Shown here: positions 45,368 to 53,671 of the stretch, one piece after another
Position numbering within the stretch: position 1 is the first letter of the stretch
How the letters are laid out: every line of letters begins with the position of its first letter
From: Candidatus Levyibacteriota bacterium
Lineage (GTDB): Bacteria; Patescibacteriota; Microgenomatia; Levybacterales; UBA12049
Reading direction: 5' to 3'
Length of the DNA stretch: 64,000 bases
NCBI GenBank assembly: GCA_016432345.1
Contig: CP066685.1
Coordinates: forward strand, 432,236 to 496,235
The notes under the pieces: model-generated
What the model saw: only the letters and a program-made list of their open reading frames with translations
Databases searched by the model: none
Told to the model about the DNA's origin: nothing
Program-made: the position numbers and the translations under genes

Positions 45368-47304
45368 AACCAATCAAGGTTATTTATAATATAATTATTT
45401 TTGGTCTAATCGTAATTGTTTTTAGAAATTGGTTTTTATGGCCAGAGATTATTGGTGGTGATTGGCAGTATCTCTTTCCGGAGATGCTAAGAAAATTTTC
45501 TTTCTTCCCGTTATCATGGGATCCTGCAAATGGAAATGGCTTAGGAGGAATAAGTCCTATATATTCTTTGATCATTTACAATAATTTTACTATTTCTATT
45601 GCGACTTATCTTCACATACCGTGGGTTATTGTATATAAAATTTTTTGGTTTGGACTTTTTATTGCTTTATCAATACTATCAAGCACAACTCTTCTAAAAA
45701 GCATCTTATCAAATGTTAAATACTGGCAATTAATTATAGGAGGAGTTATTTTTACTTCGAACACTTATATATTGATGATCGTTGGAGGTGGACAGATGGG
45801 GGTGGCGCTTGCTTACTCTGTAGCTCCACTTGTACTAGCATGGTTTATTAAGATCATTCATAATTCATCATTCATAATTCATCATTCATTTATTGCAGGT
45901 TTAGCATTGGGAGCGCAGGTGATGTTTGACTCAAGAATTGCCTATATAACTATGCTTGCTGTAGGAGTGTACTATGTATTAGATACTAAATACTATGAAT
46001 TGGCAAAAAAAAGTATACGCCTAGCAATACCTATTGGAATTGCTATTTTGCTTCATGCATCGTGGATACTCCCCATGTTTTTATTTAGACAAAACCCGTT
46101 TGGCGATCTTGGACAGTCTTATACAGGTAGTGGAATGGTGCGATTTTTAAGCTTCGCGCATTTTTCAGACGCGCTAGCTCTTCTTCACCCAAACTGGCCG
46201 GAGAATTTATTCGGGAAGGTGTACTTTATGCGTCCGGAGTTTTTATTCCTGTCCATATTGGCATACTCCTCACTACTTTTTCTTAAGAAATCAAATAGAA
46301 CAATTATTTTTTTTACGCTTCTTGGTTTGCTCGGTTCATTTCTGGCAAAAGGAACAAATGAACCGTTTGGAGAAGTATATATTTGGCTGTTTGAACATGT
46401 ACCGGGATTTGTATTGTTCAGAGATCCCACAAAATGGTATTTGATGATTGCATTATCTTATTCGGTACTTATCCCTTTTAGTTTATTGCAAATCTCAAGA
46501 AAAGTATCAAGTGTCAAGTATCTGGTGTTAGCTGCCTTTTTATTATTTTGGTTATTTTTAATTCGTCCTGCAATACTCGGCCAATTAGGAGGGACATTTC
46601 AACAGCATGAAATACCCAAAGAGTATATTGTGTTAAAAGATTTTTTGCATGATAAATCGGAATTTTTTAGGACACTTTGGATACCACGTGGAATTAGGTT
46701 TAACTATTTTTCTAATAACCATTTGATAGTTGCGCTTGAAAAGCTTTTTGGAACAAGATATATTTCTACAGAAACAAAGACTTATCTTCAAGAACTGGGC
46801 ATAAAATATATTATTGTTCCTTTTGATCCACTGGGGGAAATTTTTGTAACCAACCGAAAATATGATGAGGAGCAATATAAAGACACTATTAAGCGCTTAG
46901 AAACTTTGTCATGGCTCACGAGACTGCATGGTTTTGGAAGAATTGCGGTTTTTGAAGTTCCACATCCAAAAGATCGTTTTTGGCTTACCAAAAATGGCAA
47001 GATTTCATATACAATGATAAATCCCGTTGATTACGACCTTACTATTTCAATAACAGAACCACAAAATCTTATTTTTTCTGAAAACTATAATCCATCATGG
47101 ATAGCACAATCGGATGGGTTTACTGCTGTTTCAAGTAAAACAAGTATGGGTCTTAACAGCTTTTTCTTCGATAAAGCAGGAGATTATCATATAAAAGTTA
47201 TTTTTGCACAAGAGAGATATTTTCGAATTGGTTGGGTAATCGCTTCAATTACTCTAACGATTGTCATTTTTGCAATCCTTGCGCTAAAACATAAAAAAGA
47301 ATAA
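45364..47304 (+). CDS. Polytopic membrane protein, divergent member of the giant family / YfhO-like
   Basis: 646 aa with a GTG start in a GTGA overlap. The N-terminal loop is WPEIIGGDWQYLFPE...WDP (GGD retained). It has many TM segments. The C-terminal module INPVDYDL...YNPSWIAQSDG...GDYHIKVIF plus a terminal TM helix resembles the C-termini of paralogs 1-4. Confidence 0.55.
   Translation: MKPIKVIYNIIIFGLIVIVFRNWFLWPEIIGGDWQYLFPEMLRKFSFFPLSWDPANGNGLGGISPIYSLIIYNNFTISIATYLHIPWVIVYKIFWFGLFIALSILSSTTLLKSILSNVKYWQLIIGGVIFTSNTYILMIVGGGQMGVALAYSVAPLVLAWFIKIIHNSSFIIHHSFIAGLALGAQVMFDSRIAYITMLAVGVYYVLDTKYYELAKKSIRLAIPIGIAILLHASWILPMFLFRQNPFGDLGQSYTGSGMVRFLSFAHFSDALALLHPNWPENLFGKVYFMRPEFLFLSILAYSSLLFLKKSNRTIIFFTLLGLLGSFLAKGTNEPFGEVYIWLFEHVPGFVLFRDPTKWYLMIALSYSVLIPFSLLQISRKVSSVKYLVLAAFLLFWLFLIRPAILGQLGGTFQQHEIPKEYIVLKDFLHDKSEFFRTLWIPRGIRFNYFSNNHLIVALEKLFGTRYISTETKTYLQELGIKYIIVPFDPLGEIFVTNRKYDEEQYKDTIKRLETLSWLTRLHGFGRIAVFEVPHPKDRFWLTKNGKISYTMINPVDYDLTISITEPQNLIFSENYNPSWIAQSDGFTAVSSKTSMGLNSFFFDKAGDYHIKVIFAQERYFRIGWVIASITLTIVIFAILALKHKKE
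45853..45889 (+). repeat. 14-nt tandem repeat ATCATTCATAATTC x2 plus a 9-nt partial unit, inside a membrane protein CDS
   Basis: Units at 45853-45866 and 45867-45880, then ATCATTCAT. It encodes IIHNSSFIIHHSFI. Confidence 0.9.
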
Positions 47305-47317
47305 AATTCTATATAAT

Positions 47318-48343
47318 ATGGTATTGATTTCAATAGTCATTGTTAACTGGAGTGGTAAAAAATTCCTCAAAAACTGTTTAGATTCTCTGCAAAAAATCAC
47401 ATACAAGGCTATTGAAATTATTGTCGTAGATAATAATTCTACCGATGGATCAGGGGTATTTGTCAAGAAGTATTATCCAAAAGTAAAACTTATTGAAAAT
47501 AAAAAAAACTATGGATATGCCGGTGGTGCCAATATTGGATATAAACATGCGAGCGGTTCGTATGTGCTTTTTCTTAATAACGATACTGTTGTGACACCAG
47601 ATTTTATTGAACCGTTACTTGCCGATTTTAGAAAAGACCCAACAATTGGTTGCGTGCAGTCACAGATGAGGTTAGTGAATGATAAAAGCATGCTTGAGGT
47701 AGTTGGAGATTTTATATCGTTTACAGGATTTCTTTATCATTACGGATATAGAAAAAAAGCAAATCTGGAAAAATATAACAGACAAAAAATAATTTTTTCA
47801 CCAAAAGGAGCATGTTCAATTTTCCCCCGAAGCCTTTTGCAAAAAATTGGTCTTTTTGATGAAGATTTTTTTATTTTTTTCGAGGAGACAGATTTGAGTT
47901 TTAGAGTATGGCTTGCGGGATATAAAGTTTTGTACGAACCAAAGTCAGTAATTTATCATGTTAGTGGCGGTGATACCATTTTGTCTAATAAATATAGCTA
48001 TGAAAAAAGGATATATTTGATATTCAAAAATATGAACTGCTCTTATATAAAAAATTTTGGAACAAGAAATTTTCTTACGATTTTGCCTGTTTCTGCAATA
48101 GCACAAACTTTCATGCTCATATATTTTTTTGTTACATTTCGTTTTCATTTAGTAAGAGTAATTTTTAAAGCATATTGGTGGAATATTTTAAATTTGAATA
48201 AAACACTAGAGAAACGGAGATATATACAAAGTAAGATACGGAAAGTTTCAGATAAAGATGTAAATACATACATAAAAATGAGTCCCAGATGGAGTTATTA
48301 CTATTACAATCTTTTTAGATCAATCCAAGAATATAACGACTAA
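47318..48343 (+). CDS. GT2-family glycosyltransferase
   Basis: ISIVIVNWSGKKFLKNCLDSL, IIVVDNNSTDGS, VLFLNNDTVV and FFEETDLSFR. It is a paralog of 55322 and 62045. Confidence 0.8.
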   Translation: MVLISIVIVNWSGKKFLKNCLDSLQKITYKAIEIIVVDNNSTDGSGVFVKKYYPKVKLIENKKNYGYAGGANIGYKHASGSYVLFLNNDTVVTPDFIEPLLADFRKDPTIGCVQSQMRLVNDKSMLEVVGDFISFTGFLYHYGYRKKANLEKYNRQKIIFSPKGACSIFPRSLLQKIGLFDEDFFIFFEETDLSFRVWLAGYKVLYEPKSVIYHVSGGDTILSNKYSYEKRIYLIFKNMNCSYIKNFGTRNFLTILPVSAIAQTFMLIYFFVTFRFHLVRVIFKAYWWNILNLNKTLEKRRYIQSKIRKVSDKDVNTYIKMSPRWSYYYYNLFRSIQEYND

Positions 48344-48345
48344 AA

Positions 48346-49284
48346 ATGATAAACTCTTGTATTATATGCGGATCGTCAAAATTTATCCCCTTATATGAAA
48401 CTAGGGATAGAATGTTTGGTTTTCCTGGAAAGTTTTTCCTTAAGAAATGTAGCGCATGTTCTCTTGCGTTTTTAGATCCACAGCCCACTCAGTCGAAGAT
48501 TAAAAAATATTACCCAAGTAAAACCTACTATGCGTACAATAAAAGTAATAAAAAAGGTTTTTTTGAGAAACTTAGGGATTATCTTGTCGGTCATTATTAT
48601 TCGCCTAATTTTTTAAGCCGGCTTATTACAATATGTGTTAAGAATGTTCCGGCAATACCATCATATGTAAAAAGAGGGAAAATCCTAGATGTTGGATGTG
48701 GGACCGGTGATACGTTGGTACTTTTAAAAAAGTTAGGCTGGGATACGTATGGCATAGATATGGACAGAAATGCGATTTCTATTGGGATGAAAAGGGGACT
48801 TAGTAATTTAAAACTTGGCACATATAAAGATCTTACCAAATATCCAGATAATTATTTCGATGCCATAAGGCTATATCATGTCATCGAGCACTTGGATGAT
48901 CCGACGCTTTGCCTTCGTCTTATAAGAAAAAAGCTAAAGAAAAAAGGAGAGTTGATTATGGGCACTCCAAATATGGACAGTATGATTAGTAAGTTATTTA
49001 AGGCCTACTGGTATAATTTGGATTCCCCAAGGCATTTCTTTCTTTTTTCGCCCGTTACTCTTGGCAGGCTGGTCGAAAAAGAAGGATTTAGAATAAAAAA
49101 AATTGAGTTTTGTTCTGCAGGAGGAATAGCGGGAAGTTTACAATATTATATGGGAGACATGATGGATAAAAAAATAGACTTCATACATAAATTCGTAATT
49201 GTGTTAGGATTTTATCCTGTTGAATGGATTCTGGATGCATTTCAAGCTGGCGACATTTTTACTCTAAAGGCGGATTCAAAATAG
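48346..49284 (+). CDS. Class I SAM-dependent methyltransferase with N-terminal zinc ribbon
   Basis: CIICGS...CSACSLAFLDP, ILDVGCGTGDTL and DAIRLYHVIEHL. Confidence 0.75.
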   Translation: MINSCIICGSSKFIPLYETRDRMFGFPGKFFLKKCSACSLAFLDPQPTQSKIKKYYPSKTYYAYNKSNKKGFFEKLRDYLVGHYYSPNFLSRLITICVKNVPAIPSYVKRGKILDVGCGTGDTLVLLKKLGWDTYGIDMDRNAISIGMKRGLSNLKLGTYKDLTKYPDNYFDAIRLYHVIEHLDDPTLCLRLIRKKLKKKGELIMGTPNMDSMISKLFKAYWYNLDSPRHFFLFSPVTLGRLVEKEGFRIKKIEFCSAGGIAGSLQYYMGDMMDKKIDFIHKFVIVLGFYPVEWILDAFQAGDIFTLKADSK

Positions 49285-49320
49285 TTTTTTAATAACATCA
49301 ACTGTGATATATTATAAGCA

Positions 49321-50967
49321 ATGCATCCACCAAAAGATTTCAGTTTTAAAAAATTCCTCATAATGAATCGCTGGTATTTACTGCTTCTTTTAGGACTTGT
49401 TTTTATATCTTATGTAAACGCTCTCGGAAATAGTTTTGTTTCAGATGATCGCGGGCTTGTTATTAACATGCCTATTTGGGATACGAGTACTATTTTGTCA
49501 AATCCATATCCTCCTATGAGACAATTTTTGTATCTTGTAGCCTATAAAATAGGCGGATTAAATCCTGCTTTGTTTCGCTCATTCAATATTATTTTCCATG
49601 CGGGAACGGTAATGCTTATATATACAATTTTGTGCGTCATGCAAAAACCCAAAGTTGGGATTCTTGCGGCAGCACTTTTTGCTGTTCATCCAATTCTTGT
49701 TGAATCCATAACGTGGATAACAGCAGGTGCGCATGCACAGTATAGTTTTTTCTTTCTTCTCGCCCTTTTATTTTATATCCTCCCACGAAAAAACACGCTA
49801 AATTATGCAGTTTCTATCGGGTTTTACATACTGGCACTTCTATCATCTGAGAAAGCGGTTGTTTTAGCTTTGGCATTTCCTCTTTTTGAATTTTCTTTTG
49901 GGAGTCTTATAAGAAGTTGGAAAAGAATAATTCCGTACTTTATTTTAAGCGGGTTTTGGGTGTTATTGTATTTACGATTATTTACGCTGCGGATAGAATT
50001 CTTTGAGGGACCACAATTAATAGATTCAACATTTGTCAATCCACTTTTGCAGATTCCAATTGCTATTACGTCTTATTTGCAATTAATTTTTTGGCCAAAC
50101 AATTTAACAATATATCATACTGAATTATCGTTTACTCTTTTTGAATATATTGTAAGAGTTATTTTTTTCATTATTTTTTTGGGAGTTGCAGCATACTGTT
50201 TTAGACGCAATCGCTTAATATTTTTTTGGCTGACATTTTTTTTAGTGACGTTACTGCCGACTATCAATCCATTTGTTCACGCATGGATTGTGGCAGAAAG
50301 ATATATATATCTTGGGACAATAGGCATTGTAGTAACTGTGGCAGTGATTTTTGCAAGACTAGGTGAAAATTTAAAATATAAAAAGACAATATATATTGTT
50401 TTTTCTTTTATTATATTTTCTCTTGCGATTAGGACTATCGTACGTAATATAGATTGGCAAAATGAAGACAATTTATGGCTTGCCACGAAAGAGACATCGC
50501 CTTCAAGCGCTCAAAATCATAATAATCTAGGAGATTATTATGGCCGCCATGGTGATTTGGAAAATTCTGTTAAAGAATTTAAAAGGGCTATTGAACTTAA
50601 GCCTAATTATGCTGATGCTTATCATAATTTAGGAAATGCATACCGTGATATGGGCAGATTTGAAGATGCAATTAAACAATATGAAAAAGCACTTTCTTTT
50701 AATCCTGGTCTCTGGCAGTCATATCATAATATTGCTGCGATTTACTATAGTCAGAAAAGTTTTGATAGGGCAATTGATTATCTTCAAAAGGGTATTACTA
50801 TAAATCCTCAAAATCCTAATCTTTTTGTCGCGCTTTCTATAGTCTATTTTAAGCAAGGAGAAAAAAGTAAGGCAACTGAAGCAATAGCAACCGCGCTGAA
50901 AATAGATCCAAACAATAATTTTACAAAAGAGATATTCTTACAGATGCAGAATAATACCCTTCAATAA
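49321..50967 (+). CDS. GT-C-like membrane protein with C-terminal TPR repeats (TMTC/PMT-like architecture)
   Basis: The first-loop acidic motif NSFVSDDRGLV and about 10 hydrophobic segments. The C-terminal ~170 aa are canonical TPR units (NLGDYYGRHGDLENSVKEFKRAIELKPNYADAYHNLGNAYRDMGRFEDAIKQYEKALSFNP...). Confidence 0.65.
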   Translation: MHPPKDFSFKKFLIMNRWYLLLLLGLVFISYVNALGNSFVSDDRGLVINMPIWDTSTILSNPYPPMRQFLYLVAYKIGGLNPALFRSFNIIFHAGTVMLIYTILCVMQKPKVGILAAALFAVHPILVESITWITAGAHAQYSFFFLLALLFYILPRKNTLNYAVSIGFYILALLSSEKAVVLALAFPLFEFSFGSLIRSWKRIIPYFILSGFWVLLYLRLFTLRIEFFEGPQLIDSTFVNPLLQIPIAITSYLQLIFWPNNLTIYHTELSFTLFEYIVRVIFFIIFLGVAAYCFRRNRLIFFWLTFFLVTLLPTINPFVHAWIVAERYIYLGTIGIVVTVAVIFARLGENLKYKKTIYIVFSFIIFSLAIRTIVRNIDWQNEDNLWLATKETSPSSAQNHNNLGDYYGRHGDLENSVKEFKRAIELKPNYADAYHNLGNAYRDMGRFEDAIKQYEKALSFNPGLWQSYHNIAAIYYSQKSFDRAIDYLQKGITINPQNPNLFVALSIVYFKQGEKSKATEAIATALKIDPNNNFTKEIFLQMQNNTLQ

Positions 50968-51025
50968 TATTTCTAAATATATTTTTTTTCTTTCCTGTTT
51001 TTTGCTAAAATGTGAATGATTATAT

Positions 51026-51973
51026 ATGATAAGTGTTGTTATTCCATTTTTTAACGAAGAAGCAAGTCTGCTGGTTCTCTATCAAGAAATAATGAAATAT
51101 CTGCCGCAACTTGATCAAGAATATGAAATTATTTTTGTTGATGATGGATCTAAAGACGGATCGCTTGAGGTTGCTAAAAAGATTGCTCAAAGAAACAAAA
51201 ATGTTCGTCTCTTTTCATTTCGCAAAAACTACGGTAAAGCAGAGGCATTAACATTAGGATTTGAAAAAGCATTAGGGGATTATCTGGTTACAATTGATGC
51301 TGATTTGCAAGATAAGCCATCGGAAATAGAAAAAATGTTGAATAAAGCAAAGGAAGGATGGGATCTTGTTTGTGGGTGGAGAAAAAATAGAAAAGATAAA
51401 TTTATAAAAGTAATTTTTTCTCGTTTATTTAATTTTTTAGTGAGTAAAATGTGGGGATTGGAGCTTCATGATTATAACTGCGGTTTAAAGCTATATACAA
51501 AAGAAGTAGCAAAAAATCTTAAGTTATACGGAGGACTTCATCGTTTTATTCCTCTTATTGCTTTTGAGCAAGGTTTTCGTGTTTCTGAAGTACCTGTTAT
51601 ACACGAAAGGAGAAAATATGGTGTTTCAAAATTTGGATATTCGAAGCTATGGAAAGATTTTCCAGATATGCTTACAATGCTGTTTTTAACAAGATACAGC
51701 AATCGTCCTTTTCATCTTTTTGGCATTGTTGGGGGAATGTTTCTATTTTTGGGAATGTTGATCTTGATTTATTTAAGTATGGTCTGGCTTCAAGGGACAT
51801 CAATTGGTAGAAGGCCTTTGTTGTTTTTAGGAATGCTGTTTGTATTGTCTGGCTTTCAAGTTTTATTAACAGGATTTTTAGCGGATTTGATTATAAGTGT
51901 TTCAAAAAAATCGCACATATCTGATGAAAATAATATCCAAGCCCGATTAAAGTATACAAATATAGACAAATGA
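51026..51973 (+). CDS. Polyprenyl-phosphate glycosyltransferase (GT2; DPM1/GtrB/ArnC-like)
   Basis: ISVVIPFFNEE, IFVDDGSKDGS and TIDADLQD. Two C-terminal TM helices (FHLFGIVGGMFLFLGMLILIYL and LLFLGMLFVLSGFQVLLTGFLADLI) are characteristic of this subfamily. Confidence 0.75.
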   Translation: MISVVIPFFNEEASLLVLYQEIMKYLPQLDQEYEIIFVDDGSKDGSLEVAKKIAQRNKNVRLFSFRKNYGKAEALTLGFEKALGDYLVTIDADLQDKPSEIEKMLNKAKEGWDLVCGWRKNRKDKFIKVIFSRLFNFLVSKMWGLELHDYNCGLKLYTKEVAKNLKLYGGLHRFIPLIAFEQGFRVSEVPVIHERRKYGVSKFGYSKLWKDFPDMLTMLFLTRYSNRPFHLFGIVGGMFLFLGMLILIYLSMVWLQGTSIGRRPLLFLGMLFVLSGFQVLLTGFLADLIISVSKKSHISDENNIQARLKYTNIDK

Positions 51974-52194
51974 AAATACAAGATATATTTTTTATTTTAT
52001 TAACTGGGATTTGTTTCTACAAACGAGATCCCAAACTGGCTGTGTTATTTGGTATATTCTCATTGATATTTTCAATTCCTCTTTTTTCGCTGTGGATTTT
52101 TTTTACTGCAGAAAGGCTTACATGGTATGCTGCTGCATTTTTTCTTTTAGCAATACTTTTTTATAGCATCCAAAGATCACACAGTGAGTCTTAG
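51970..52194 (+). CDS. Small membrane protein (3 hydrophobic segments), unknown function
   Basis: 74 aa with an ATGA overlap to the polyprenyl-phosphate GT2 gene. The tail AERLTWYAAAFFLLAILFYSIQR faintly resembles the tails of the 36979/40987/41301 family. Confidence 0.5.
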   Translation: MKIQDIFFILLTGICFYKRDPKLAVLFGIFSLIFSIPLFSLWIFFTAERLTWYAAAFFLLAILFYSIQRSHSES

Positions 52195-52221
52195 TTGGCA
52201 AATACTATGTAATATACGTGT

Positions 52222-52227
52222 TATAAT
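52222..52227 (+). promoter_or_regulatory. Possible -10 element TATAAT, ATG 6 nt downstream; no convincing -35
   Basis: TATAAT at 52222-52227, ATG at 52234. The nearest TTGGCA (52195-52200) is 21 nt away, which is too far. Confidence 0.3.
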
Positions 52228-52233
52228 GGCGAT

Positions 52234-53124
52234 ATGTCTTATAAAAAAGCACAATTCTCTTTTAATCCACAAGAAATTGCTATTGCAACGAATACTTATT
52301 ACCCAAGATGGTATAAAGGGAGAGTAAGAAGCATTAAACACATAGATAAAATAAGAGGAGATTTGGCAATCAAGTTTTTCGAAGAAGCAAAAAAAAGAGG
52401 ATATTGTGTAGTTGCTGTTGATGGAAGAAGTAGTAAGACATTTCAAAAAGAAATAAAAAATATAGAAAATATTATTTTTATAAGAAGACGAAGCGCCAAG
52501 CGTTCTCCTGCCAAACGCCAAGCAATCAAAATAGCAATAAAACAAGACGGGATAAAAATTATTGTACTAACAGAAACAGAAAAAGTGTCTTTAGTGACTA
52601 GTTGTATTCCTATTTTGGTAAAGCCAATACTGGAGGGAAAGGCAGATATTGTTGTGCCAAAACGTGATGATAAACTTTTTGCTTCAACGTACCCTTCTTA
52701 TATGTACGAATCAGAGGTTGAAGGCAATAAAATATATAATGAGATTCTAAGAGTGCATGGATTTCTAAATAATAGCGATGAAGATCTCGATATGTTTTTT
52801 GGCCCAAGAGTATTTCGAAATGACCAAAAAATTATCTCGCTCTTTATGAAAAAATATTCTCTTTCCTCGATGCAATCTTCATTTACCAAAGATTTTTTTG
52901 ATGTTGAGGATTATTCCAATACTCTTTATTTTTCTATTGTTTTAGGGCTTAAAAAGCATTTTCAGATTAAAAGTATTACCGTTCCATTTACATATCCTAA
53001 AATCCAGAAAGAGAATGAGGAGAAAGGGGAGTTGGCGCTTTTTCTTGAGAAAAGAAAAAACCAAAGGCTATCAATTTTGGTTGAACTTTTACACTTTGTA
53101 AATTATCTGCAAAAACTAAAATAA
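52234..53124 (+). CDS. Hypothetical protein, possibly a GT-A-like fold
   Basis: A 296-aa ORF in an operon context. It shows only a weak GT-A-like pattern (IAIATNTYYP...VVAVDGRSS...VLTETEK...IVVPKRDD) and no confident motif. Confidence 0.3.
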   Translation: MSYKKAQFSFNPQEIAIATNTYYPRWYKGRVRSIKHIDKIRGDLAIKFFEEAKKRGYCVVAVDGRSSKTFQKEIKNIENIIFIRRRSAKRSPAKRQAIKIAIKQDGIKIIVLTETEKVSLVTSCIPILVKPILEGKADIVVPKRDDKLFASTYPSYMYESEVEGNKIYNEILRVHGFLNNSDEDLDMFFGPRVFRNDQKIISLFMKKYSLSSMQSSFTKDFFDVEDYSNTLYFSIVLGLKKHFQIKSITVPFTYPKIQKENEEKGELALFLEKRKNQRLSILVELLHFVNYLQKLK

Positions 53125-53127
53125 TAT

Positions 53128-53670
53128 ATGAGGATTGGGATTGATGTTAGTCAAGTTGCATACGAGGGGACAGGAGTGGGAGAATACATTAAGAATTTGG
53201 TTGGAGAACTTTTGAGAATTGATACAAAAAATGAATATATACTCTTTTTCTCGTCTTTGAGGAGGAAATTTTCTCCGCCAGCTGGCGGATTCAATTTTCA
53301 ATCAAAACCGAAAAATCTAGAAATTAAAACATATAGGTTTCCGCCATTGTTTTTTGATTTATTTTGGAATAGGCTGCATATTTTACCTATTGAGTGGTTT
53401 ATTGGAGATGTGGATATATTTATCTCATCGGACTGGACGCAGCCCCCGACAAGAAAAGCAAAAAAGATAACTATTTTGTATGATCTTATTGTATATAAAC
53501 ATCCAGAAGAAACTGACAGAAAGATAATTGACGTTCAAAAAAGATGTTTAAGCTGGGTTAAAAAAGAGTGCGATAAGATTATTTGTATTTCAGAAGCAAC
53601 AAAAAAAGATGCAAGTGATATCTTGGGAATAGAAAAAGAAAGGCTTAGGGTTATATACCCAGGAGCGTGA
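53128..53670 (+). CDS. Truncated GT4 glycosyltransferase: N-terminal (acceptor) domain only, possible remnant
   Basis: MRIGIDVSQVAYEGTGVGEYIKNLVGELLRIDTKNEYILFF is homologous to the N-termini of 53672 and 63824. The ORF stops at RVIYPGA, exactly where full-length paralogs continue into the donor-binding domain. No E-x7-E motif is present. Confidence 0.6.
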   Translation: MRIGIDVSQVAYEGTGVGEYIKNLVGELLRIDTKNEYILFFSSLRRKFSPPAGGFNFQSKPKNLEIKTYRFPPLFFDLFWNRLHILPIEWFIGDVDIFISSDWTQPPTRKAKKITILYDLIVYKHPEETDRKIIDVQKRCLSWVKKECDKIICISEATKKDASDILGIEKERLRVIYPGA

Positions 53671-53671
53671 T

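Noticed and set aside
47312-47317. TATAAT hexamer directly abutting the ATG of the GT2 gene at 47318
   Set aside because: With a zero-nt gap, transcription would start inside the CDS. There is no -35 either, so this is probably chance in AT-rich DNA.
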